From Blautia sp. (GTDB lineage Bacteria; Bacillota; Clostridia; Lachnospirales; Lachnospiraceae), in contig JABUSW010000194.1 in the NCBI GenBank assembly GCA_021443885.1, forward strand, positions 1-56,939: a stretch of DNA of 56,939 bases. Direction: 5' to 3'. The notes beneath the pieces are model-generated. The model was not told where the DNA came from. It worked only from the letters and a program-made list of their open reading frames with translations, and did not search any database. The first letter of the stretch is position 1, and every line of letters starts with the position of its first letter. Made by a program: the position numbers and the translations under genes. Shown in pieces: positions 9,155 to 22,900 of the stretch.

Positions 9155-9280
9155 TATATCATCCTCTTAAAGTATTTTTTACGCTTCTGTTACATAAGTT
9201 TAAAAACATTATACATAGTTTCCCTCGTTTCGTCAACTTATTTCACATATGATTTAACAAGTATTACACTTTTTAAACCA

Positions 9281-9313
9281 GAAAAGCAGGAGACACCAGC
9301 TCTCCTGCTTTTC
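9281..9313 (-). terminator. Terminator after ddh
   Basis: Perfect 13-bp inverted repeat GAAAAGCAGGAGA/TCTCCTGCTTTTC. Confidence 0.8.
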
Positions 9314-9321
9314 AAAAATAC

Positions 9322-10308
9322 TTATAATAAATGACGTCTGATTTCTGCTCCATCCATGGCACTCAGGTATGCCGGCGGTATATCAAATACTGTTTTGCAG
9401 CCCTTCTGGCCCTCCTGATTCATGCGGTATGCCGCTCTTGCATAAGCAACGAGCACTGAGGCTGTGAATTCCGGGTTGGAATCCAGCTTTAAGCTATATT
9501 CGATGACATGATTATTCTCATCATTCCAACCGGTTTTTCCGGAGCGAATGACAAAACCGCCATGTGGAATTCCACTGTGATCTCTTGCCATTTCTTCTTC
9601 CGTAATAAAATGAACCGTGGTATCGTAATCAGAAAAATAATTGGGCATCGTCTTGATCTCTTTTTCAATGCGTGCAAGATCAGCACCTTCTTCCGGAACA
9701 ACGAAGCACTCTCTCGTATGCTTTTCTCTGGTTGTCAGCTCCGGTGCTTCCCCTCCTCTTACTGCATCTAGTGCATTCTGCACAGGGATCGTGTACTGTT
9801 TTGCATCTTTCACACCGGCAATACGGCGAACAGCATCACTATGCCCCTGGCTGACGCCCTTTCCCCAGAAAGTATAATCTTCCCCGTTTGTAAGGATCGC
9901 ATTTGCATAAAGACGATTCAGCGAGAACATTCCCGGATCCCAGCCCACAGAAATGATACCAATATTCCCATTTTCGGAAGCCGCCTTGTCGACGCTTGCA
10001 AAATGCTCCGGGATTCTGGCATGTGTGTCAAAACTGTCAATTACATTAAAATACTTTGCGTATTCCGGCGTCTGTACCGGGAGATCGGTTGCGCTGCCGC
10101 CGCAGATGATCAGAACATCAATCTCGTCCTTCATTGCAATCGCGTCTGCCGCATTGTAAACCCCGGCCGTTTCTGTAAGGATTTTTACAGCTGAAGGATC
10201 ACGTCTTGTAAATACCGCCGCAAGTTCCATATCATCATTGTGCCTGATGGCACATTCCACGCCACGGCCAAGATTCCCATACCCTAAAATACCAATCCGA
10301 ATACCCAT
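9322..10308 (-). CDS. ddh: meso-diaminopimelate D-dehydrogenase
   Basis: GYGNLGRG, DSFDTHA, GWDPG, FWGKGVSQGHSDA, PHGG and SNPEFT motifs. Confidence 0.95.
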   Translation of the reverse strand: MGIRIGILGYGNLGRGVECAIRHNDDMELAAVFTRRDPSAVKILTETAGVYNAADAIAMKDEIDVLIICGGSATDLPVQTPEYAKYFNVIDSFDTHARIPEHFASVDKAASENGNIGIISVGWDPGMFSLNRLYANAILTNGEDYTFWGKGVSQGHSDAVRRIAGVKDAKQYTIPVQNALDAVRGGEAPELTTREKHTRECFVVPEEGADLARIEKEIKTMPNYFSDYDTTVHFITEEEMARDHSGIPHGGFVIRSGKTGWNDENNHVIEYSLKLDSNPEFTASVLVAYARAAYRMNQEGQKGCKTVFDIPPAYLSAMDGAEIRRHLL

Positions 10309-10354
10309 CGGTTCTTCCTCCCGTTTTTATTCTATTCTTTTTGCGAACGAGATA

Positions 10355-12022
10355 CTAGTAAGTCCCTTCATAATAATACTCGCCCTCACTGATTTCATAG
10401 GCGGAGTACGCGTCTCCATAACTGCTCATTGCAAGAGTATCCTCTGTGTCTGCCAATGTCTCATAATTCATGCTTTCCGCCGGCATCTCATCCTGCAGAT
10501 CTTCTGGCTGGATACCTACGTCTGTCATATCGACATCTGTCATTTCATCCTCCGGAGATTCTGTCGTTTCTCCATACATTCTGGCAATGAAATGGATCAG
10601 TTCGTTATAAAGTGTATTCTTATCTTCCGGAGATAAAGACTCCAGAATCTTAGCATCTTCTCCGGTTATTCCTGTATACTCGATTCCAAAGAGATCCCGA
10701 AGCATCTGATCCAGCATATTCAACTCTGTACTCATGTATTTCTCTGTACCGGATGCGACGTAGGAAGAAGTGCCTTTCACCAGGATATCATAGTAGAGCT
10801 TTTCCACTTCATCAGAAAGCTTTCTGGAAGTCTCATCATCCAGAATGACTGTCCCATAATCGTATAATTCATCCCCGGTAGCTTCACTCAGCTTCTCCCA
10901 GTCCCCAAGATAAACACCTTCACAGAATTTCTGAACAGTTTCATAGTAATGTTTTGCCTGTTCATCCAGCATGGACAGATCTTTGCCGGTCGGGACATCC
11001 AGTGATGTTTCTTCTGCTGTCATCTCATCATCCCCGGCCACATTCATGCCGGGATCAATATCCACCGCACCAGTCATTTCTTCCAAAGTCGGGTCTTCCG
11101 TTGACTCTTCGATCGCACCCTCTAACGCACTGCTGTCCACTGCATCCAGAATGCTGACTTCTTCAGTGTCTGCTTCAAAGCCAACCTCGGCGCCTTCCTC
11201 TGCTGCATCATCTGCAATATCACCGGAATCATCAATGGGCAGCTCTTCTCCAACAAGATTCTCCTCCACGTTCTGCAGGGTATCCTTTACATCATCGTAG
11301 CTGTATCCCTGATCTGCGATCTGCTGCAGAAGATCTACGATCTCGCTGAGCTGACTATCATTCAGGCTTACATTATTATTCTGGACAACATTATTGACGA
11401 TATTCTGAATCTCTGTTTCCGAGGTCACCTCATTGCCGATGACTTCCATTTTAGACTCGTTGATAATGGTGGTTGCCGGTTTTTTGCCTAGCTCGGTTCC
11501 AAGATTCGCAGTTACCACCATTTCCTGTGTCGCAAGTTCTTTCTTCTCCTCGTCCAGCTTAACGCCGCTCGCCTGCTCATATGCCATCTGAACGCCTGTC
11601 AAAGCACCGGTTCCGGATACTTCAAACGGACATGCTGCAACTACTTCACAGTTTTTCACACCGGAAGTGGAAAGTGTGGATGCAATCATGTTGCAGGTAA
11701 CCCAGTTCAGGTTTGCAGTACGAACCTTGATTCCACCAGACTGCGTTGGTTTAACATAAGCACAGCTTACGGTTCTGTTCCCAATCTGCTCGATGGGGAC
11801 ATAAGAGCTCAGATGATTCCGTTCATCCTGATTCGTAATATAAATGATCTCAACCTCATTTGGATCTACTTTAAAATAACGAAGCATCGTCTGTCTCTGC
11901 TGTTCATTCAGATCCGCTCCAAGTGTTACGACCTTGCTGGAATCTGCAAGTGCCGGTACTGCACTTCCAACAAGAAGACCGGTACTCACAAGCAATGCGC
12001 ATGCTAATTTCATTTTCTTCAT
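10355..12022 (-). CDS. Secreted DUF1002-family protein with a long acidic C-terminal extension
   Basis: Signal peptide; VTLGADL..Q...ML.YF, ITNQDE and APFEVSGTGALTG-like motifs typical of DUF1002. Confidence 0.78.
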   Translation of the reverse strand: MKKMKLACALLVSTGLLVGSAVPALADSSKVVTLGADLNEQQRQTMLRYFKVDPNEVEIIYITNQDERNHLSSYVPIEQIGNRTVSCAYVKPTQSGGIKVRTANLNWVTCNMIASTLSTSGVKNCEVVAACPFEVSGTGALTGVQMAYEQASGVKLDEEKKELATQEMVVTANLGTELGKKPATTIINESKMEVIGNEVTSETEIQNIVNNVVQNNNVSLNDSQLSEIVDLLQQIADQGYSYDDVKDTLQNVEENLVGEELPIDDSGDIADDAAEEGAEVGFEADTEEVSILDAVDSSALEGAIEESTEDPTLEEMTGAVDIDPGMNVAGDDEMTAEETSLDVPTGKDLSMLDEQAKHYYETVQKFCEGVYLGDWEKLSEATGDELYDYGTVILDDETSRKLSDEVEKLYYDILVKGTSSYVASGTEKYMSTELNMLDQMLRDLFGIEYTGITGEDAKILESLSPEDKNTLYNELIHFIARMYGETTESPEDEMTDVDMTDVGIQPEDLQDEMPAESMNYETLADTEDTLAMSSYGDAYSAYEISEGEYYYEGTY

Positions 12023-12137
12023 AATATTTCCTCCTATTATATAGTAGTATAAATATAACTCTTATCTTCCTTTTCGTTTTATGGAATTCATTATAGCACA
12101 GAAACAAAGTGTATTGTAATCCGGATTTCCTTAGAAA

Positions 12138-14075
12138 TCATCTGTTTTTCTTCTTTCGTTTTTTCAAAAATCTGGCAATTCCCCGGATCAACAGAATCAA
12201 TAATAATAAAAGCAGCAGGATCACACCCAGAAAAATGAACAGAAATTTATTCGGTTTTTTCAAGATACTGACCGGATTCATTTCATCCTCTACCACTTTT
12301 CTTTGCTGGCTTTCTCCATACCAGGACGGCACATCTCCTATTCCGTTCCCGTTTGTATCCGCAAAAGACTTCATATAGCGAACGATGGCATCCCACGCTT
12401 TTACTTCTTTGCCATCCGCATCATGAATAATGGCCTCTTCTATATTCCCATATGCATTTCCCCTGGCATCTTTGGGCACTACCGTTAGGATCCCATAGGA
12501 AATGCTTGTTGCAACCCCCAGCATCTGCCCGGTATAAAGATCTGTCACCACATGGTACAGCCTGTCATCCTGTATTTCAATACGTGTACCATCCAGATCC
12601 GTAAGATAACAATCGGTTACCTTATTCAGCAAAAAACGGTGAGGGTTAAATGTAAAATGAAGACCACTGTTGTATAAACGGGCAGAATTCATAAAATCAG
12701 ACACTGTTGCGTCCATCTCGGCTACCGTCTTCAGCTCTTTTCCGGTAAGATATACGCTGACCAGCGGATATCCTGCCTGCCCGTCCAGACCCACGCCCAG
12801 GGAAAACGAATGGAAAACATCTTCGATCGTCAGATTTCCTTTTGCATACGTTTCACGAACCGTACCGCTTGGGCAGACCGCAGCATCCACCTGCTGGTAA
12901 TCCGTCCCCTCCAGCCGGTTCACCGTGTAGCGCCATGCGTCTGCGATCAGGTTTCCAAGATTCCCTTCTTCGTGCTTGTCTGCAAGATCCTGCACACTGC
13001 AGAAATCCACAGAATTCTCTGCAATGACATCGTCCCTCCGGCAATCATAATTCTTCAGATATTTTTCGTCTACATCCTTCATGAAATCATCTATGATCTT
13101 CTGGATATCACGATCTGCCGGAATGCTCTCCTCCACCATAGTCAGTTCATATTCCTGAATCTCCCATCGCCCGTTTTCTTTCTGCACATAGGAGAAAGAA
13201 CCCAGATACTTTCCATACTCTCCTGCAGATACAATGGAGGTATCCCCATGCACGACAGGCTTCTCCAGTATGGTGTGCGTATGACCACTTAGAATCAGGT
13301 CCAGCTCCGGAATCGCTTTTGCCAAAAGCTCATCTTCCGACTTATCCGCTTCTTCGCTGGTGCCGGAATGCGACAGGCATACGATCATGTCCGGATCTTC
13401 TTCCTTTTTCACCTTCTGCACCGTTTCCTTAACCGCCTCAATGGGATCCCGGAATTTCAGAACACAGGTAGGTGCACAGGACAGGGCATCCTTGCCGAAC
13501 ACACCCAGCAGGGCGATCTTCACGCCGTCCTTTTCCAAAATCTGATAATCCTTCACTCCGTACGCATCAAAAGCTTCCCGCAGTTTTTGCTGTTCCTGTG
13601 TAAGGCCTTCTGCTTCCATTGTTTTCCAGTCCACGTTGCAGAGCACCATCTCCGGAAGAGGATCGTTGCTGTTCTTCGCTGCGGTCAAAGCATCTGCCAG
13701 GCCTTCACTTCGATAATCAAACTCATGATTTCCCAGGGTTGTTGCATCAAATCCCATTTCGCCCAGCAGCCGAAGCTCTGCACAGTCCACAGCGTAGATC
13801 GTCTGCACTAATGTGCCCATGGAAAAATCGCCGCCATCGATCAGCAGTGTTGAAGCACTCTTCTGACGAATCTCATCGATCAATGTCTTCATCCTGGCAA
13901 ACCCGCCGATGTCTCTGGATTCTCCATCGATCACTGTAGAATAGCTGTCGAGATGCGAGTGCGTATCATGAACAAAAATCACCTTTAGTTCATGACCGTT
14001 ATCCGCAGCTCCTGCTGTTACCGGCCAAAGTAAAACCAATACACAAATCATCCACCATTTGATTATCTTCTTCAT
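12138..14075 (-). CDS. 5'-nucleotidase / UDP-sugar hydrolase family metallophosphoesterase with a C-terminal membrane anchor
   Basis: HDTHS, DGGDF, LGNHEFD, LSHSG and GHTH motifs; signal peptide; hydrophobic C-terminal helix with a basic tail. Start is 14075 or 14093. Confidence 0.88.
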   Translation of the reverse strand: MKKIIKWWMICVLVLLWPVTAGAADNGHELKVIFVHDTHSHLDSYSTVIDGESRDIGGFARMKTLIDEIRQKSASTLLIDGGDFSMGTLVQTIYAVDCAELRLLGEMGFDATTLGNHEFDYRSEGLADALTAAKNSNDPLPEMVLCNVDWKTMEAEGLTQEQQKLREAFDAYGVKDYQILEKDGVKIALLGVFGKDALSCAPTCVLKFRDPIEAVKETVQKVKKEEDPDMIVCLSHSGTSEEADKSEDELLAKAIPELDLILSGHTHTILEKPVVHGDTSIVSAGEYGKYLGSFSYVQKENGRWEIQEYELTMVEESIPADRDIQKIIDDFMKDVDEKYLKNYDCRRDDVIAENSVDFCSVQDLADKHEEGNLGNLIADAWRYTVNRLEGTDYQQVDAAVCPSGTVRETYAKGNLTIEDVFHSFSLGVGLDGQAGYPLVSVYLTGKELKTVAEMDATVSDFMNSARLYNSGLHFTFNPHRFLLNKVTDCYLTDLDGTRIEIQDDRLYHVVTDLYTGQMLGVATSISYGILTVVPKDARGNAYGNIEEAIIHDADGKEVKAWDAIVRYMKSFADTNGNGIGDVPSWYGESQQRKVVEDEMNPVSILKKPNKFLFIFLGVILLLLLLLILLIRGIARFLKKRKKKNR

Positions 14076-14191
14076 TATTATACAGTCCTTCATATTGTGT
14101 TACGACAAACACATGTGTTGTCGTTATAAGAAACGATAAGGACAGTATAACATAAGATCCGGTCTGTTTCCAATCCCCATATTGATTACTG

Positions 14192-14240
14192 AAAAAAATC
14201 CCCGCACAGGAACGATTGCTTCGTGTTCCTGTGCAGGGAC
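14192..14240 (-). terminator. Terminator of the glnA-asnB-pyrG operon
   Basis: Minus strand TCCCTGCACAGGAAC...GTTCCTGTGCGGGGA followed by T7. Confidence 0.8.
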
Positions 14241-14251
14241 TATATTTCAAT

Positions 14252-17432
<3,181 letters not shown>

Positions 17433-17462
17433 ATCTATAACCTCTCTGTTAGTTTTCCATTG

Positions 17463-19559
17463 TTATTTCACGCTGAACAGCAAATCTCCATAGGTGGGGA
17501 AAGGCCAGTATTTCTTCGCCGTGATTACCTCGGCTTCGTCACACGGGGTGCGAAGAGCCGTCATTTTCACCAGTACATCGTCCTTCATAGCCATAGCCTC
17601 TTCTCCCACATCCGTTATCCGCTCTGCCTGCGCCACTGCTGTTTCCAAAGCGAGAGCCCCCTCTACAATCTGATCCACCAGATCCGCAAGCTTCTCTACA
17701 TGTGTAACCTCATATTTCGTGGAAATACACTGGGATAATTCTTTTTTGGCTACTGCAATCTGTGCCAGTTCACCGATATAGGATTCAATCGCCGGAACAA
17801 TCTGCTCTCTTGCCATGGTTACCATGGTATTTGCTTCAATATGAATACTCTTGCAATAATTCTCCAGCATGATTTCATAACGTGATCTTAATTCTGCTTC
17901 TGTGAAAATCTTATGTGCCAGCAGCATATCCACGTTTTTCTGATCCAGGAGATGCGGCATACAATCTGCAGTTGTTTTATAATTCAGAAGCCCTCTTACT
18001 TCAGTTGCTTCCTTAACCCACGCATCATCATAACCATTTCCGTTAAAAATAATGTGTTTATGATCTTTTATGGTTTTCTTGATCATCTCATGAAGGGCGG
18101 TCTCAAAGTCCTCTGCTCCCTCTAGACGGTCTGCGTATATCTTCAGCGATTCTGCCACAGCTGCATTCAGCATGATATTCGTACATGCAATACTATTGGA
18201 AGAACCAAGACTGCGGAATTCGAATTTATTTCCGGTAAATGCAAATGGAGATGTACGGTTACGGTCTGTGGTATCTTTTGTGAATCTCGGAAGAACATTC
18301 ACCCCTAATTTCATCTGGGTCTTTTCCACTGCATCGTATGGGGTATCATTTTCAATTGCTTCCAGGATCGCAGTTAGTTCATCCCCAAGGAAAATGGAAA
18401 CAATCGCTGGCGGTGCCTCATTTGCACCGAGTCTGTGATCATTTCCGGCGGTAGCAACGGCAATACGAAGCAGATCCTGGTAATCGTCCACTGCCTTAAT
18501 AACTGCACAAAGAACCAGCAGGAACTGTGCATTTTCATAAGGCGTTTCCCCCGGAGAGAGCAGATTTATGCCGGTATCCGTAGAAATAGACCAGTTATTG
18601 TGCTTGCCGCTTCCGTTCACACCCTCAAAAGGTTTCTCATGAAGCAGACACACCAGACCATGCTTCTGCGCAACCTTCTGCATGATCTCCATGGTCAGCT
18701 GATTGTGATCCGTAGCAATGTTTGTGGTTGCATAGATAGGAGCCAGTTCATGCTGGGCCGGTGCCACTTCATTATGCTCTGTCTTGGCCAGAATTCCCAG
18801 CTTCCAGAGTTCATCATTCAATTCTTCCATATAAGCAGCAACCCTTGGCTTGATCACACCAAAGTAATGGTCATCCATTTCCTGTCCCTTAGGTGGTTTT
18901 GCTCCAAAAAGTGTCCTTCCGGTATAAATCAGATCCTTTCTCTGATCATACATCTCTTTTGTGATCAGAAAGTATTCCTGTTCCGGACCAACCGAGCTTC
19001 TGACACATTTCACATTGTTATTTCCAAACAGCTTCACAATTCGAAGAGCCTGCTTATTCAAGGCCTGCATAGAGCGAAGAAGAGGTGTTTTCTTATCCAG
19101 TGCCTCTCCGCCATAAGAGCAGAATGCGGTTGGAATGCACAGTGTTTTTCCTTTAATGAATGCATAAGACGTTGGATCCCATGCCGTGTATCCTCTTGCC
19201 TCAAAAGTTGCACGAAGTCCGCCGGATGGAAACGAAGAAGCATCCGGTTCACCTTTGATCAGCTCTTTTCCGGAAAACTCCATGATGACGCCACCATCCG
19301 GTGAAGGGGTAATAAAGCTGTCATGCTTTTCTGCGGTAATACCGGTCAAGGGCTGAAACCAATGTGTATAATGCGTTGCACCATTTTCCAAAGCCCAGTC
19401 CTTCATAGCATTTGCCACCGCATTGGCTACGCCCTGATCCAGCTTTGCTCCTTCATCTATCGTTCTCTTAAGGGAGTTGTATACCTTTTCTGATAAGACA
19501 GCCTTCATAACTCTGTCATCAAACACTTTGCATCCAAAATAATCCGATACCTTCTTCAT
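17463..19559 (-). CDS. glnA: Glutamine synthetase type III
   Basis: 698 aa; [50 protein letters not shown] and [18 protein letters not shown] motifs. Confidence 0.96.
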   Translation of the reverse strand: MKKVSDYFGCKVFDDRVMKAVLSEKVYNSLKRTIDEGAKLDQGVANAVANAMKDWALENGATHYTHWFQPLTGITAEKHDSFITPSPDGGVIMEFSGKELIKGEPDASSFPSGGLRATFEARGYTAWDPTSYAFIKGKTLCIPTAFCSYGGEALDKKTPLLRSMQALNKQALRIVKLFGNNNVKCVRSSVGPEQEYFLITKEMYDQRKDLIYTGRTLFGAKPPKGQEMDDHYFGVIKPRVAAYMEELNDELWKLGILAKTEHNEVAPAQHELAPIYATTNIATDHNQLTMEIMQKVAQKHGLVCLLHEKPFEGVNGSGKHNNWSISTDTGINLLSPGETPYENAQFLLVLCAVIKAVDDYQDLLRIAVATAGNDHRLGANEAPPAIVSIFLGDELTAILEAIENDTPYDAVEKTQMKLGVNVLPRFTKDTTDRNRTSPFAFTGNKFEFRSLGSSNSIACTNIMLNAAVAESLKIYADRLEGAEDFETALHEMIKKTIKDHKHIIFNGNGYDDAWVKEATEVRGLLNYKTTADCMPHLLDQKNVDMLLAHKIFTEAELRSRYEIMLENYCKSIHIEANTMVTMAREQIVPAIESYIGELAQIAVAKKELSQCISTKYEVTHVEKLADLVDQIVEGALALETAVAQAERITDVGEEAMAMKDDVLVKMTALRTPCDEAEVITAKKYWPFPTYGDLLFSVK

Positions 19560-19583
19560 AATCTTTCCTCCTCAATTCAAATC

Positions 19584-19642
19584 AAAAAAGGCAAAAGCGC
19601 CATCGCAGGTTTCGCACCCTGCCTGACGCCTTTGCCTTTATG
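19584..19642 (-). promoter_or_regulatory. glnA leader: GGC-AAAGGC-GUC hairpin overlapping an intrinsic terminator (ANTAR-like antitermination element)
   Basis: Hairpin at 19625-19636; alternative long stem AAAGGCAAAGGCGUC/GGCGCUUUUGCCUUU with a U tail. Confidence 0.75.
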
Positions 19643-19648
19643 CGGTGC

Positions 19649-19677
19649 ATTTTACTCTTGTCGTACTTTTTTGTCAA
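19649..19677 (-). promoter_or_regulatory. Sigma-A promoter of glnA
   Basis: TTGACA (19677-19672) - 17 - TAAAAT (19654-19649). Confidence 0.75.
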
Positions 19678-19766
19678 TACCTCATTTTCAAAAAGTAATT
19701 GCGGATCGACCGCGGACCGTTTCGCTGCAATACAGCCTTCACGATCCCGCATTTCAAAATTATGTA

Positions 19767-19795
19767 TTGACAAAACAGACAATTTGGTCTAGATT
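19767..19795 (+). promoter_or_regulatory. Sigma-A promoter of gltB
   Basis: TTGACA (19767-19772) - 17 - TAGATT (19790-19795). Confidence 0.65.
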
Positions 19796-19822
19796 ATGCT
19801 CATGAATAAAACGAACGTTGCT

Positions 19823-19887
19823 GACAAAGGCGTCTGAAGTAAGTAATGGAGAAAGTCTCCATTCCCTGCTTCCGGCGCCTTTTCTTT
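19823..19887 (+). promoter_or_regulatory. gltB leader: GAC-AAAGGC-GUC hairpin overlapping an intrinsic terminator (ANTAR-like)
   Basis: Hairpin at 19823-19834; terminator stem AAAGGCGUC...GGCGCCUUU followed by UCUUU, just before the RBS. Confidence 0.75.
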
Positions 19888-19906
19888 ATACAGAAAGGAG
19901 CTACAG

Positions 19907-22900
19907 ATGAATGCAGCATCTTCTTCCGGATCCGGTTTATATCGCCCGGAATTCGAACATGACAACTGCGGTATCGGCGCAGTCGTGAATATTAAAGGAA
20001 GAAAAACAAGAGAAACGGTAGAAAACGCACTGCGAATCGTTGAGAACCTGGAACATCGTGCCGGGAAAGATGCCGAAGGAAAAACCGGTGATGGTGTCGG
20101 AATCCTGCTGCAGATCTCTCATAGTTTTTTCCGGAAAGAATGCAGCAAAATCGGCATTCCGCTGGGCGAGGAACGTTCTTACGGAATTGCCCAGATTTTC
20201 TTTCCCCAGCAGGAGATCCGCCGCGCCCAGGCCAAAAAAATGTTTGAGATCATTCTGGAAAAGGAAGGTCTCCCGCTCCTTGGGTGGCGCGAGGTTCCGG
20301 TCATTCCCGGGGTTCTTGGCCATAAAGCGGCAGACTGTATGCCTTACATCATGCAGGCCTTCATTCAAAAGCCTTCCGGTATCGAGAAAGGACTTGCATT
20401 TGACCGACGGCTTTATATTGCACGTCGGGAATTTGAGCAAAGCAATGACAACACTTATGTTGTCTCCATGAGCAGCCGTACCATCGTATATAAAGGCATG
20501 TTCCTGGTGGGACAGCTACGCACCTTTTTCCAGGATCTTCAAAGTCCTGATTATGACTCTGCAATTGCAATGGTTCACTCCCGTTTCAGCACCAATACAA
20601 ATCCCAGCTGGGAAAGAGCCCATCCAAACCGCTTCATTGTGCATAACGGCGAGATCAATACCATCCGCGGCAATGCAGATAAAATGCTTGCCCGGGAAGA
20701 AAACATGGAATCTCCCTATCTGAAGGATTCCCTCCACAAAGTCCTTCCGGTGGTCAATCGGAACGGATCTGATTCTGCAATGTTGGACAACACACTGGAG
20801 TTTCTGGTAATGAGCGGCATGGAGCTTCCTCTGGCAACCATGATCTGTATTCCGGAACCATGGTCAAACAACAATACCATTTCGCAGGAAGAACGGGACT
20901 TCTACCAGTATTATGCCACCATGATGGAGCCCTGGGATGGTCCTGCTTCTATCGTATTCAGTGATGGGGATGTTATGGGTGCCGTGCTAGACCGCAATGG
21001 TTTGCGTCCATCCCGTTACTATGTTACTTCCGACGGATACCTGATCCTTTCCTCCGAAGTTGGCGTGCTTCCAATTCCGGAAGAAAAAATCATCTTAAAA
21101 GAAAGACTTCATCCGGGAAAAATGCTTCTGGTGGATACCGTAAAAGGCGAAGTGATCGATGATACCCGCCTGAAAGAAAGCTACGCACACAAACATCCAT
21201 TTGGAGAATGGCTGGATCGCAATCTTGTTCAGCTGAAGGATCTTCGCATTCCAAATGAAAGAATCGAAGAGTACTCCGAGGAAGAACTTGCACGGCTGCA
21301 GAAAGCCTTTGGTTATACCTATGAACAGTATCGGACCTCTATTTTGAATATGGCTCTGAACGGCTCTGAAAGTATCAGTGCCATGGGAGTGGATACACCG
21401 CTGGCTGTTCTTTCCCGTCAGAACCGTCCATTGTTCGATTACTTTAAACAGCTTTTCGCCCAGGTTACCAATCCCCCTATCGATGCGATCCGTGAGAAGA
21501 TCGTAACCGGAACCAGTGTATACGTGGGAAGGGATGGAAATCTCTTAAAAGCACAGCCGCAGAACTGTCAGGTTTTGAAAATCCACAATCCGATCCTGAC
21601 CAACACAGATCTCCTGAAAATCAAGAATATTAAGACGCCCGGATTCCGTACCGCAGTCGTTTCCACTCTTTATTATAAGAGCACAAAGCTGGAGCGGGCC
21701 ATTGACCGCCTCTTTGTGGAGGTGGATAAAGCCTTTCGGGAAGGGGCTAACATACTGATCCTCTCCGACCGGGGCGTAGATGAGAATCATATGCCGATTC
21801 CATCTTTGCTGGCTGTATCGGCTGTACATCAGCATCTTGTCAAGACAAAGAAACGCACCTCACTGGCGATTATTCTGGAAACAGGCGAACCAAGAGAAGT
21901 ACATCATTTTGCCACCCTTTTAGGTTATGGAGCCAGTGCCATTAACCCATATCTGGCACAGGAAACCATACGGGAGCTGATCCAGACCCATATGTTGGAC
22001 AAGGATTATTACGCTGCTGTGGACGACTATAATAACGCCGTGATCAGCGGCATCGTAAAAATTGCATCAAAAATGGGAATCTCGACCATTCAGTCCTATC
22101 AGGGTTCTCAGATTTTTGAGGCTATCGGCATCTCGGATAAAGTCATCGAGAAATACTTTACCGGTACCGTCAGCCGTGTAGGCGGCATCACACTGGAAGA
22201 TATTGAAAATACGGTAGAAACCCTGCACTCGGAGGCTTTTGATCCATTGGGTCTCTCGACAGACCTTACACTGGACAGCGTCGGAGCCCATAAAAGCCGC
22301 AGTCAGGGAGAAGAGCACCGCTACAACCCTGCAACCATTCACCTTCTGCAGCAGTCCACCTGGACCGGAAGCTATGATTTATTTAAAGAATACACTGCAA
22401 AAGTGGACGCCGAGGGTCACGGAAATCTCCGGGGCTTACTGGATTTCAAATACGCCGATACGCCCCTTTCATTAGACGAAGTGGAGAGTGTTGAAGACAT
22501 TGTAAAACGATTTAAGACCGGAGCCATGTCCTATGGTTCCATCTCTCAGGAAGCACATGAAACCCTGGCAATTGCCATGAATCACCTTCACGGCAAATCC
22601 AACAGCGGCGAAGGCGGTGAAAGCGATGAACGCATCGACTCTGCCGGAACCGGCCAGGATCGCTGCTCTGCCATCAAGCAGGTGGCCAGCGGACGGTTTG
22701 GCGTTACCAGCAGCTACCTTGTTTCCGCAAGAGAAATTCAGATTAAAATGGCCCAGGGGGCAAAACCGGGAGAAGGCGGTCATCTTCCTGCCTCAAAGGT
22801 ATATCCGTGGATTGCCAAAACAAGACATTCCACACCAGGTGTCAGCCTGATCTCTCCGCCTCCGCACCACGATATTTACTCCATCGAAGACCTGGCACAG

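Noticed and set aside
19582-19782. 66-aa ORF in the glnA-gltB intergenic region as a possible leader peptide
   Set aside because: Starts upstream of the glnA promoter, spans both promoter regions, has no RBS and no Gln/Glu codon run.
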